NCBI GenBank assembly: GCA_964385255.1
Contig: CAYLOH010000003.1
Location: 16,424-80,423 of the forward strand
Direction of reading: 5' to 3'
Length of the DNA stretch: 64,000 nucleotides
From: an uncultured Rubrivirga sp.
GTDB lineage: Bacteria; Actinomycetota; Actinomycetes; S36-B12
The notes under the pieces were generated by a model, which was given only the letters and a program-made list of their open reading frames with translations, was not told where the DNA came from and did no database searches. The position numbers and the translations under genes were made by a program. Of the stretch, positions 20,502 through 29,579 are shown piece after piece. Within the stretch, counting starts at the first letter, position 1, and each line of letters starts with the position of its first letter.

Positions 20502-21625
20502 TTCTCGTCGGATGCCGCCTGCTCGGCTTTCAATTCGGCGTACACAGGCTTGATCCGTGTGTTGATGATGTCCAATCTCTCATCGAACGGGATGAATGCG
20601 CTCTTCATGGCGTTCACTGTCAGCCATTGCAGGTCATCGAGCGTCCAACCGAAAGCCTCGCAGCACAACTGCATTTCCTTCGTCATGGACGTGCCCGACA
20701 TTAGGCGGTTATCCGTGTTGAGAGTTACCCGGAAATTGAGTTTCCGGAGCATGCCGATCGGATGATCGGCGATTGACCGGGCGGCACCCGTTTGCACATT
20801 GCTCGTCGGACACAACTCCAGGGGAATCCTGCGATCGCGGACGTACGCCGCAAGTTTGCCGAGATGCGGATTCATCGGATCGGTGACGTCTATGTCGTCG
20901 ACTATGCGCACCCCGTGCCCTAGACGATCGGCCCCGCACCACTGGATTGCTTCCCAGATGGAGGGTAGTCCGAACGCTTCTCCCGCGTGGATGGTGAAGT
21001 GGGCGTTCTCGCGCCTGAGATATTCGAAAGCATCCAGGTGACGAGTGGGTGGGAATCCTGCCTCGGCACCCGCGATGTCGAAACCGACCACACCCCTATC
21101 CCGGTACTCGACCGCGAGTTCGGCAATCTGCTTGGAATGGGTGGCCGTGCGCATCGCGGTCAGCAGTACACCGACGCGAATCCAATGCCCCTTGTGGACG
21201 GCTGCGGACGTGCCCTGTTCGAAGCCGGCGAGCACCGCGTCGATCACTTCGTGGAGGGTGAGCCCCTGCTCGGTGTGCAACTCCGGAGCGAAGCGGACCT
21301 CGGCGTACACCACACCGTCAGCCGCAAGATCCTCGGCACACTCTCGAGATACGCGCTTGAGAGCGTCGGTGGTCTGGGTAACCCCGACCGTGTGTTGAAA
21401 GGTCTCCAAGTACCGCTCGAGGGACCCAGAGTAGGCGGCTTCGGAGAACCAGCGGGCAAGGTCGACGGCGTCGGTCGCGGGAAGGTTCCGGTAGCCGGAC
21501 TGCTCGGCCAGCTCGATGACGGTCTCCGGGCGCAAGCCACCGTCCAGGTGGTCATGCAAGAGGACCTTGGGTGCGCGGGCAATGAGGTCGGGGGACGGGA
21601 TACCGGGGGAAGAGGAGACAGCCAT
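20498..21625 (-). CDS. add: adenosine deaminase
   Basis: [15 protein letters not shown] and [10 protein letters not shown]. 375 aa. Confidence 0.92.
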   Translation of the reverse strand: MAVSSSPGIPSPDLIARAPKVLLHDHLDGGLRPETVIELAEQSGYRNLPATDAVDLARWFSEAAYSGSLERYLETFQHTVGVTQTTDALKRVSRECAEDLAADGVVYAEVRFAPELHTEQGLTLHEVIDAVLAGFEQGTSAAVHKGHWIRVGVLLTAMRTATHSKQIAELAVEYRDRGVVGFDIAGAEAGFPPTRHLDAFEYLRRENAHFTIHAGEAFGLPSIWEAIQWCGADRLGHGVRIVDDIDVTDPMNPHLGKLAAYVRDRRIPLELCPTSNVQTGAARSIADHPIGMLRKLNFRVTLNTDNRLMSGTSMTKEMQLCCEAFGWTLDDLQWLTVNAMKSAFIPFDERLDIINTRIKPVYAELKAEQAASDEK

Positions 21626-21643
21626 GGCACCACCGTAGTTAAT

Positions 21644-21680
21644 GGGCGGGAGGCGACCCTCCAGCGACCGCCTCCCGCCC
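21644..21680 (-). promoter_or_regulatory. 12-bp GC-rich stem-loop in the add 5' leader
   Basis: GGGCGGGAGGCG (21644-21655) pairs perfectly with CGCCTCCCGCCC (21669-21680) across a 13-nt loop. It ends 18 nt upstream of the add ATG. No T-tract follows on either strand. Confidence 0.5.
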
Positions 21681-21791
21681 GATGTCTAGCCCCCCGCACT
21701 CGACACCCCACTACGATTTCGAAGAGACGGGGCCTCCACACCTCGTGCGCTCAACAAGTTCGGGTATAGCCAGGACAAACCGGGGGAATAG

Positions 21792-22598
21792 ATGGATCGA
21801 TCGTTGGAACAGGTATCTGCAGGCACGGATGCCGGCCAGGGGCTCCCGCAGTTCCTTCGCTTCCTCAATGCCTTGCCGAGCCCAAGCACCGTGGCACGCG
21901 CGCTTCAACTCGGTCCCTTAGCTCCCCTGGACTTCGGCGCCGTGGGCATCGTGCGTCTCACGGGCGAGAACCTGGAGGTCTTGGGTACGCACGGCTATAC
22001 GCAAGAGGAAGTCAATCGCTACTTCCGGATGCCAATCGGGGTTGCCACCCCCTTCACTCGAGCGATCAAGCACAGCGAAGTTCTCGTTGACGATATGGAT
22101 GAGCTCCTCGATGCCTTCGATGCATTGCGAATGGATGAGGACTTGTGGCTCAGGATCATGCAGAGATTCGGCTCTGGGCAAGTCGTCAGCGCTCCCATCA
22201 TGTTGCAGGGAACCGTGCTGGGAGCCTTCGGCGGCATTACGCGTTCAAAGAGAACCTGGACATCCCTCGACTTTGCCCTCTTCGATGGTCTTTCCGCCGC
22301 ACTGGGGCTCTGGATGACCAATCCGCTCACCGCACTCCCCGTGTCTGACCGCCTAGTGACACGTACGGATGACTCCATCCACCTCACCGAACGTCAAAGA
22401 CGCATTCTCAGCCTCGTTGAAACCGGACGGTCCAACACCTCGATAGCGCAGGTGCTGGGCTACTCGGTCTCCACCATCAAGCAGGAACTGCAACGCGCCA
22501 TGCGCGCCACTAGGGCCAGTGATCGAATGGAAGCCGCACGTCGCGCTCGAGAGTTGCAGCTTCTACCCGACCTCGACGACCAGCCCGTCAGACGTTGA
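21792..22598 (+). CDS. LuxR-family transcriptional regulator with GAF-like sensor domain
   Basis: C-terminal HTH LTERQRRILSLVETGRSNTSIAQVLGYSVSTIKQELQRAM. The N-terminal ~170 aa look GAF-like (VVSAPIMLQGTVLGAFGGI). Confidence 0.85.
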   Translation: MDRSLEQVSAGTDAGQGLPQFLRFLNALPSPSTVARALQLGPLAPLDFGAVGIVRLTGENLEVLGTHGYTQEEVNRYFRMPIGVATPFTRAIKHSEVLVDDMDELLDAFDALRMDEDLWLRIMQRFGSGQVVSAPIMLQGTVLGAFGGITRSKRTWTSLDFALFDGLSAALGLWMTNPLTALPVSDRLVTRTDDSIHLTERQRRILSLVETGRSNTSIAQVLGYSVSTIKQELQRAMRATRASDRMEAARRARELQLLPDLDDQPVRR

Positions 22599-23319
22599 GT
22601 ACCTGCCCGATGGTGGCGCCGCCATCGGCGATGAATTCCGTCCCGGTGGAGTACGTGGCGTCCGCGATGAGGAACAGCGCCAGCTTCGCGATCTCTTCGG
22701 GCTCACCGATACGTGCGATGGGTTGACGCGAGTAGGCCTTGTCGTCCAGTCCGGCCGTCATCGGCGTGCGGATGCCCCCGGGATGGATGGAAACCACACG
22801 GATGTTGGCCGGGCCGAGGTCGAGGGCCGCGGCTTTGGTCAGGCCGCGCACTCCCCACTTGCTGGCGACGTACGCAGCGAGGTTGCTGTAGCCCTGCATT
22901 CCCGCGGTGCTGGAGAGGTTGACGATCACGCCGCCGCCGTTCGCCTTGAGAGCAGGCGTGGCGGCCTCCATACCCAAGAACACACCTGTGAGGTTCACCG
23001 CAATGATCCGGTTCCATTCCTCCAGGCTCGTGCCGCCCACGGGTGTGAAACCCACAACTCCAGCGTTGTTCACCAAAGCGGAAAGGTGCCCGTGGGTCCG
23101 CGTTGTGGTCGAAACGGCGTCCTGCCAACTGTCGGGATCGGTGACGTCCAGGTGCACGTAACTGCCGCCGATGTCCGCCGCTACAGCCCGGCCATCGTCG
23201 TCGAGGACGTCGGCGACGACCACCGACGCGCCCTCGCCGGCCAGCGTCCGGCAGATCTGTGCACCTATACCGCGCGATCCCCCTGTGACGAGGACGACGG
23301 ACTCATCCAACTTTCCCAT
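22588..23319 (-). CDS. SDR family oxidoreductase (3-alpha/20-beta-hydroxysteroid dehydrogenase-like)
   Basis: TGGSRGIG, NNAG, and the YVASK catalytic dyad. Start at ATG 23319 (MGKLDESVVLVTGG). Confidence 0.9.
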   Translation of the reverse strand: MGKLDESVVLVTGGSRGIGAQICRTLAGEGASVVVADVLDDDGRAVAADIGGSYVHLDVTDPDSWQDAVSTTTRTHGHLSALVNNAGVVGFTPVGGTSLEEWNRIIAVNLTGVFLGMEAATPALKANGGGVIVNLSSTAGMQGYSNLAAYVASKWGVRGLTKAAALDLGPANIRVVSIHPGGIRTPMTAGLDDKAYSRQPIARIGEPEEIAKLALFLIADATYSTGTEFIADGGATIGQVLNV

Positions 23320-23417
23320 CGCTGATTCCTTTCGCTCACCTGAAATTCCAGCATGCGTCACATGCGACGTGCATGTCCAGGGACTAACGCCATGTTCTTC
23401 GGGCATTCGCCCACGCG

Positions 23418-23768
23418 CTAGTCCTCCCGACCGGCAAGGTCGATGGCGAACGCCGGTAGGCAGACGGCTACATATCGCGCCCCGCTCTCAGTGCGATAGC
23501 GGATCCGCTCTCCTGCACGGGTGATGATGGCTTGCCCGGTGAGCACCGATGTGGTCTCGCCGTCGTGGTCGACGAGGAGTTCACCGTCCAGCACGACCGT
23601 GAACTCGTCGAACTTGGGCTGCTGATAGGGCTCGTCCCAACCCGCCGGGGCGACCATGTGTGCGATCGAAACCCCTTCATCCCCGCTAGACGCCCTACCC
23701 ACGAACTCTTCAATCATCTTGCCCCCCGGAACAGGTATCGGGGTGGCGGAGGAGATGACTTCGGGCAT
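23418..23768 (-). CDS. cupin domain protein
   Basis: The small beta-barrel pattern VSIAHMVAPAGW...FTVVLDGELLVDHDGE...RYVAVCLPAF. Start at ATG 23768, 7 nt after the deoA stop; the longest ORF (TTG 23801) overlaps deoA. Confidence 0.62.
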   Translation of the reverse strand: MPEVISSATPIPVPGGKMIEEFVGRASSGDEGVSIAHMVAPAGWDEPYQQPKFDEFTVVLDGELLVDHDGETTSVLTGQAIITRAGERIRYRTESGARYVAVCLPAFAIDLAGRED

Positions 23769-23775
23769 CGCGGTC

Positions 23776-25065
23776 CTATTCGCTTTCGTCAATTCGCTCA
23801 ATGATCAGCGGGAGTAAGTCCGGAACGGGTCCATCGATCGTGAAGGCCCCGTCCAAGGCCTCGAGCGCCCGGGTGATCGTGGATTCATCGTCGGTCAACA
23901 AGGTCATGATGGGCTGACCCGCGGTCACAGTGTCCCCCGGCTTCGCGTGGAGCAGGATCCCCGCGGCATGCACGACCTGATCCTCCTTGCGGGCGCGTCC
24001 GGCACCTAGTCGCCATGCGGCCACACCAACGCCGAAGGCCTGCAATTCGGTGAGGACGCCCGTGGTGGGCGCGGTGACCGGATACTCGATCCTGGCGGTC
24101 GGCAATGGCGCTTCGGGGTCACCGCCCTGCGCCCGGACCATGCGCCGCCAATGGTCCATCGCCCGACCGCTGCTGATCGCCTCACGAGGATCGGCATCGA
24201 TCCCGGCCAGGTCAAGCATCTCCCGTGCAAGAGCGATGGTCAGTTCGACGACATCGCTCGGACCACCGCCGGCGAGTACTTCCACGGACTCCGCCACCTC
24301 CACGGCGTTGCCAACCGCGTACCCGAGGGGAACGTCCATCGCGGTGATCAATGCGCGCGTCCGAACGCCGGCGTCGTTACCGATCGCCACCATGGTCTTG
24401 GCTAGTTCGCGCGCCTTCGCCGGATCGGACATGAAGGCTCCGCCTCCGGTCTTGACGTCGAGCACCAAGCCACCGGCGCCTTCAGCGATCTTCTTGCTCA
24501 TGATGCTCGAGGCGATCAGCGGAATCGCTTCGACTGTTGCGGTGACATCGCGCAGCGCGTAGAGCTTGCGATCGGCGGGCGCCAAACCGGAGCCCGCGGC
24601 ACAGATGACGCCCCCGACGTCTCGCAAGATCGCGAACATTTCGTCGTTGCTGACGTTCGCCCGCCACCCGGGAATCGACTCCATCTTGTCCAGCGTGCCG
24701 CCAGTGTGACCGAGTCCGCGACCCGATAACTGGGGCACCGCGGCACCGCATGCCGCGACGATCGGAACCAGGGGCAACGTGATCTTGTCGCCCACTCCAC
24801 CGGTGGAGTGTTTGTCGACCGTGGGAGCGGCCAGGGAGGAGAAGTCCATCCGTTCACCGGAGTCGATCATCGCCTGCGTCCAACGCAAGGTCTCACGTTC
24901 GGTCATGCCATTGAGCAAGATCGCCATCGCCAGTGCGCTCATCTGCTCGTCGGCGACTACTCCGCGGGTGTAGGCATCCACGACCCAATCGATCTGCGCG
25001 TCGGAGAGTTCCCCTCGATCGCGTTTTGTGCGGATGACGTCGACTGCTGCGAATGCTTCGGACAT
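23776..25065 (-). CDS. deoA: thymidine/pyrimidine-nucleoside phosphorylase
   Basis: DKHSTGGVGDK and the SGRGLGHTGGTLDK motif. 429 aa. Confidence 0.92.
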   Translation of the reverse strand: MSEAFAAVDVIRTKRDRGELSDAQIDWVVDAYTRGVVADEQMSALAMAILLNGMTERETLRWTQAMIDSGERMDFSSLAAPTVDKHSTGGVGDKITLPLVPIVAACGAAVPQLSGRGLGHTGGTLDKMESIPGWRANVSNDEMFAILRDVGGVICAAGSGLAPADRKLYALRDVTATVEAIPLIASSIMSKKIAEGAGGLVLDVKTGGGAFMSDPAKARELAKTMVAIGNDAGVRTRALITAMDVPLGYAVGNAVEVAESVEVLAGGGPSDVVELTIALAREMLDLAGIDADPREAISSGRAMDHWRRMVRAQGGDPEAPLPTARIEYPVTAPTTGVLTELQAFGVGVAAWRLGAGRARKEDQVVHAAGILLHAKPGDTVTAGQPIMTLLTDDESTITRALEALDGAFTIDGPVPDLLPLIIERIDESE

Positions 25066-25067
25066 GA

Positions 25068-25487
25068 TCAGCCTCCGAATGAGCGGTCTTCTCCCCGCTC
25101 GACGAGATCGTCGGGGCCGAAGGCCTGCGGAAGGATGTCAGACAGAGTCTGGATGCCTTCGGGAGTTCGAATGAGCGTGCCTGGGCGCCCGTTCTCCCAC
25201 AGCAATTGCCGGCACCGCCCACACGGCATGAGGGCTTGGCCGTGCTGATCGACGCACGAGATGGCGACCAACTTTCCGCCACCGGTCGCATGGATCTGCG
25301 AGACCATGCCGCACTCTGCGCACAGACCCACGCCATAGGCAGCGTTCTCCACGTTGCAGCCCACAACGAGGCGCCCGTCATCCATGAGACCCGCGACCCC
25401 GACCTTGAAGCGCGAGTAGGGCGCGTAAGCCTTGTGCATGATCTCGACGGCGGCAGCGTCGAGGGATCCCCAGTCGATATCAGTCAT
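25068..25487 (-). CDS. cdd: cytidine deaminase
   Basis: Zinc ligand motifs CAECG and PCGRCRQ. Start at ATG 25487. Confidence 0.9.
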   Translation of the reverse strand: MTDIDWGSLDAAAVEIMHKAYAPYSRFKVGVAGLMDDGRLVVGCNVENAAYGVGLCAECGMVSQIHATGGGKLVAISCVDQHGQALMPCGRCRQLLWENGRPGTLIRTPEGIQTLSDILPQAFGPDDLVERGEDRSFGG

Positions 25488-25506
25488 GGACAGATCCTCG
25501 CAGGAT

Positions 25507-26829
25507 CTACTGCTTCTCGTACGGCTGACCGTCCGCTGCCGGCGGACGTGCGCGACCGACCAGACCCGCGACCACAATGATCGTCACGAGGTAAGGCGCC
25601 ATCGCAAGGAACTCACCCGGTATAGGCGTTTGAATCAGCGCCAACTTCTGTTGCAGCGAATCGGAGAATCCGAAGACGAGCGCCGCAGCGAAGGCGCCTA
25701 TCGGGTTCCACGCACCGAAAATCATCGCGGCCAGTCCGATGAAGCCTCGACCTCCGGTCATGCCTTCGTCGAACCGACCGACGGTCCCGAGGGTGAACCA
25801 GGCTCCTGCGAATCCACCGACCATGCCGCCATAGACGACCGCCAGGTAACGCGTCTTGGCGACGCTCACGCCCAGACTGTCGGCCGCCCGTGGGTTCTCC
25901 CCCACGGCGCGGGTGCGCAATCCCCACCTCGTGCGGAACAAGAAGTACGTGGTCAAGCCGATCAACACGTACATGCCGTAAACCATGATCGTCTGGTTGA
26001 ACAACACGGGACCGATGATGGGGATATCACCGAGGATCGGGATCTTGATGGCCGGGAAGATGGGCGCGTCGTTCCACTCAGGACGCTCAACGAGCAGTTG
26101 CGCGGTGAGGAAGGACGTCAAACTCAGAACCAGCAGGTTGATGACAACACCGATGATGATCTGGTCGACGCGGAAGTTGATCGCGAGGACCGCGAGCAGC
26201 AATGCCAGCGCTCCTCCGACCACGATCGCCGCGATGAGGCCGACCCAGCCTCCGATCAACGACCCGAAGACGACACCGGTGAAGGCGCCGCCCAACAGCA
26301 TGCCCTCGATGCCGATATTCACCACACCAGCGCGCTCGCACAAAATGCCCGACAGCGCTCCGAGCGCAATCGGTGTGGCGCGGGCGACGGTGGAGACCAA
26401 CATGCTGGTCAGGTTGAACTGCTCGCCGTCGGTTGCCCAGACCATGAGCGCGATGACGAAGACGGCGAACGAGACTCCCAGGATGATCGTCGATTTACCT
26501 TGGAACCCGCGGAAGAACTGCGTAGCGCCGAGGAAGGCGAGCACCATGGCCAGGATGTACAGCGTGCCCGTGGCCGGTATCGCCACAGGAGCCAGTTGGA
26601 CTTGCTCGTCAGCCAGGCTCAAGCCGAAGGTCGAGTCTCCGGACGTTCCCGGGATGAGGAGCACGACCACCGCTGCGGCGAGCACCAGCATGACGATGCC
26701 GAGGATGCGCGCACGACGGATCTGCGACTTGGTGAGTTCCTTGGTCCGCTTACCTGTGTAGGCATAGGACTCCTCCGGCATGTCCGGCCCGGCCGGAGTC
26801 ATCCGAATGTCGCTGCTCATGATCCCCAT
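25507..26829 (-). CDS. ABC transporter permease (BMP/nucleoside-type system)
   Basis: 440 aa polytopic membrane protein within an SBP-ATPase-permease-permease operon. Confidence 0.88.
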   Translation of the reverse strand: MGIMSSDIRMTPAGPDMPEESYAYTGKRTKELTKSQIRRARILGIVMLVLAAAVVVLLIPGTSGDSTFGLSLADEQVQLAPVAIPATGTLYILAMVLAFLGATQFFRGFQGKSTIILGVSFAVFVIALMVWATDGEQFNLTSMLVSTVARATPIALGALSGILCERAGVVNIGIEGMLLGGAFTGVVFGSLIGGWVGLIAAIVVGGALALLLAVLAINFRVDQIIIGVVINLLVLSLTSFLTAQLLVERPEWNDAPIFPAIKIPILGDIPIIGPVLFNQTIMVYGMYVLIGLTTYFLFRTRWGLRTRAVGENPRAADSLGVSVAKTRYLAVVYGGMVGGFAGAWFTLGTVGRFDEGMTGGRGFIGLAAMIFGAWNPIGAFAAALVFGFSDSLQQKLALIQTPIPGEFLAMAPYLVTIIVVAGLVGRARPPAADGQPYEKQ

Positions 26830-27983
26830 CCCTTGCTGATCTGAGTGGAGGCGACGGGTGTCTTGAGGCGGAAGATCGCTGCGATTAGGGCGGGCGCGGC
26901 GACGAAGATGATGATCAACGCTTGGATCACGCCCACCAAGTCGATGCCCACACCCGCAGTCGCCTGCATCTGCTGACCGCCGGCACTCAGGGCACCGAAC
27001 AACAGGGCGGCGAACACCACACCGACGGGATTGGAGCGTCCGAGCAGTGCGACAGCGATGCCATCGAAGCCCAAGCCGGCGGAGAAGCCCGGCGAAGCGC
27101 GGTCCAAGACGCCGAGCACTTGTCCGGTGCCAGCAAGCCCAGCCAAGGCGCCGGCGAGCATCATCACCAGGATGTACGTACGCCCGACGGACATACCGGC
27201 GTACTGGGCAGCGGCCGGGTTCGCACCGACGGCTCGGAACTCGAATCCCGTCGTTGTCCGAAACAGCAACCAGTGGATGAAGACCGCTGCCAACAGGGCG
27301 ACTATGAGTCCTGCGTGCACGCGCAGACCCGGGTCCAAAGCGGTCAAGAGCCCAGGCAGATTGGCCGAGGGCTCGACGTTCTTGGAGATCGGATCGTTAC
27401 GACCCTCACGCTGAAACAGGTTGGTCTTCAGCAAGTAGTCGACTAGGCGCAGTGCGATGTAGTTCAACATGATCGTGACGATGACCTCGTGCGCCCCGGT
27501 CTTCGCCTTCAGGAAACCGGGGATGAATCCCCAGATCGCTCCGCCGATGATGCCCGCGATAAGCGCAGCTGGAAGGTGGATGAACCACGGCACGCCGGTG
27601 ATGGAGAACCCAACGAGAACGGCGAACATGCCGCCGATCAGCACCTGGCCCTCGCCGCCGATGTTGAACAATCCGGCGCGGAAGGCGATGGCGACCGCCA
27701 GACCGGTGAGGATCAGCGGTGTGGCCGCAAGAAGGGTTTCGGAGATCGCGCGCAGCGAGCCCACACTGCCTTGGACCAGTGCCCCGTAGGCGTTCATCGC
27801 CTCGGCGAAGCTCATTCCCGTAGCCATGATGATCAGGACGCCGATCACCAGCGCCATCAACACCGCCAACAGCGGGATCAGGACGGCACTTCGCCAATCC
27901 GTGGCGGTGGTCAACTGCAGGAAGAACTTCCGCCCATTGGACGGTTCGGGGAGTTCACGGGTCTCCGGCTTCGTGGTGCTCAT
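26817..27983 (-). CDS. ABC transporter permease (BMP/nucleoside-type system)
   Basis: 388 aa polytopic membrane protein. Overlaps both neighbouring genes. Confidence 0.88.
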   Translation of the reverse strand: MSTTKPETRELPEPSNGRKFFLQLTTATDWRSAVLIPLLAVLMALVIGVLIIMATGMSFAEAMNAYGALVQGSVGSLRAISETLLAATPLILTGLAVAIAFRAGLFNIGGEGQVLIGGMFAVLVGFSITGVPWFIHLPAALIAGIIGGAIWGFIPGFLKAKTGAHEVIVTIMLNYIALRLVDYLLKTNLFQREGRNDPISKNVEPSANLPGLLTALDPGLRVHAGLIVALLAAVFIHWLLFRTTTGFEFRAVGANPAAAQYAGMSVGRTYILVMMLAGALAGLAGTGQVLGVLDRASPGFSAGLGFDGIAVALLGRSNPVGVVFAALLFGALSAGGQQMQATAGVGIDLVGVIQALIIIFVAAPALIAAIFRLKTPVASTQISKGWGS

Positions 27984-29485
27984 GCGCTCTTACCCGCCAT
28001 GAACAGGCCGATCTCCGCGGGCGTCGTATCCGCCGTGACTCGCTCAGCCACGATGCGCCCGTCGAACATCACCAGAATGCGATCGGCGAGGGCGAAGATC
28101 TCGTCCAGTTCGGTGGACACAATCAAGATGGCTTTGCCCTCATCGCGCTTGCGGACGATCTGCTCGTGGATGTACTCGATCGAGCCGACATCGATGCCGC
28201 GCGTGGGTTGGGCGCACACGACCAGAGGCACGTCCCGACTGAACTCGCGGGCGACGATCATCTTCTGCGCATTACCGCCGGATAACGCGCTACCTGGATT
28301 GGAGATGATCGGCGGACGGACGTCGTAATCGGCGACGAGCGTGCGCGCGGATGATTCGATCGCTTGCGCATCGAGCCTGATGCCTCGGGAGAACGGCTTG
28401 CCGTAGTAGGAGTCGAGGATCAGGTTCTCTGCGACGGTGAAGGAGCCGACCATGCCCATGTGGTTGCGGTCCTCCGGAACGTGGGCGATGCCCATCTCGT
28501 GACGACCACGAGGGGAGGCATCGGTGATGTCCGAACCCTGGAAGCGAATCGTGCCTTCCGCAAGGTTCAGCAAACCGGTTATCGCCGAGACCAATTCGGT
28601 TTGCCCATTGCCCTGAATGCCCGCTATCCCGACGATCTCACCGGCATCGACGTGCATGTCTATGTTGTCCAGGAGTCGCCTGCCGTAGTCGTCGACCATC
28701 GTCACCGCGTCCAGTTCCAAGACGCGCTGTCCTGGAGACGAGGCGGACTTTTCGACGGTCAACGTGATGTCCCTGCCGACCATCATGGAGGCCAATTGCT
28801 CGGGCGTGGCGGTCGCGGGGTCAGCGGTGCCCACCACTTTGCCTCCGCGCAACACGACGATGTCGTCGGCGATCGCCAAGGCCTCCTTCAACTTGTGCGT
28901 GATGAAGATGACGGTCGCTCCGCGACCCTTCAACTCCCGCACGATGCCGAAGAACTCCTCCACTTCCTGTGGGGTGAGAACCGCCGTTGGTTCGTCGAAG
29001 ACCAGAATCTGCGCCCCCCGCAAGAGCACCTTGATGATCTCCACACGCTGCTGGATCCCCACCGGAAGCGTCTCGACGAGTGCGTCCGGGTCAACCGCCA
29101 ATCCGTACTTGCGGGAGATGTCCCGGACTTCCTCGCGCGCCTTCTTCTGGTTCAAGATGGTGCCCACGATCGTCGGTTCCTCACCGAGGACGACGTTCTC
29201 AGCGACCGTGAACACGGGCACGAGCATGAAGTGCTGATGGACCATGCCGATACCCGCCGCGATCGCATCGCCCGGATCCTTGAAGTGCTGCACCACGCCG
29301 TCGATCACGATCTCCCCGGAGTCTGCCGTGTACAGACCCGACAAGATGTTCATCAAGGTGCTCTTGCCGGCACCGTTCTCCCCGATGAGCGCCAGCACCT
29401 TCCCCGAACGGGCGGTCAAGGTGATGTCGTCGTTGGCGAGCACGCCGGGAAACCTCTTGGTGATTCCCCGAAGTTGAAGTTCCAC
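27980..29485 (-). CDS. ABC transporter ATP-binding protein (tandem ATPase domains)
   Basis: Walker A GENGAGKST, signature LSGGNAQK, and a second NBD. GTG start preceded by GGGGAG. Confidence 0.92.
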   Translation of the reverse strand: MELQLRGITKRFPGVLANDDITLTARSGKVLALIGENGAGKSTLMNILSGLYTADSGEIVIDGVVQHFKDPGDAIAAGIGMVHQHFMLVPVFTVAENVVLGEEPTIVGTILNQKKAREEVRDISRKYGLAVDPDALVETLPVGIQQRVEIIKVLLRGAQILVFDEPTAVLTPQEVEEFFGIVRELKGRGATVIFITHKLKEALAIADDIVVLRGGKVVGTADPATATPEQLASMMVGRDITLTVEKSASSPGQRVLELDAVTMVDDYGRRLLDNIDMHVDAGEIVGIAGIQGNGQTELVSAITGLLNLAEGTIRFQGSDITDASPRGRHEMGIAHVPEDRNHMGMVGSFTVAENLILDSYYGKPFSRGIRLDAQAIESSARTLVADYDVRPPIISNPGSALSGGNAQKMIVAREFSRDVPLVVCAQPTRGIDVGSIEYIHEQIVRKRDEGKAILIVSTELDEIFALADRILVMFDGRIVAERVTADTTPAEIGLFMAGKSA

Positions 29486-29528
29486 GCGCAGCTCCCCTGA
29501 TCGATCGCCCTACCTTGGCAGAAAATAC

Positions 29529-29559
29529 GGGGAGGGGCTCGAAAATCGAACCCCTCCCC
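29529..29559 (-). terminator. intrinsic terminator/attenuator hairpin between the SBP and ATPase genes
   Basis: Perfect 9-bp stem GGGGAGGGG / CCCCTCCCC with a 13-nt loop. On the transcribed (minus) strand it is followed by GTATTTTCTGCC. It lies 21 nt after the SBP stop and 43 nt before the ATPase start. Confidence 0.6.
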
Positions 29560-29579
29560 GCGTGGTCTACCGACCCACA

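Noticed and set aside
25432-26844. 470-aa + strand ORF
   Set aside because: It is antisense to an ABC permease. The translation is extremely D/R/E/H-rich with no hydrophobic core.
28364-29500. 378-aa + strand ORF
   Set aside because: It is antisense to the ABC ATPase, which carries Walker A and signature motifs.
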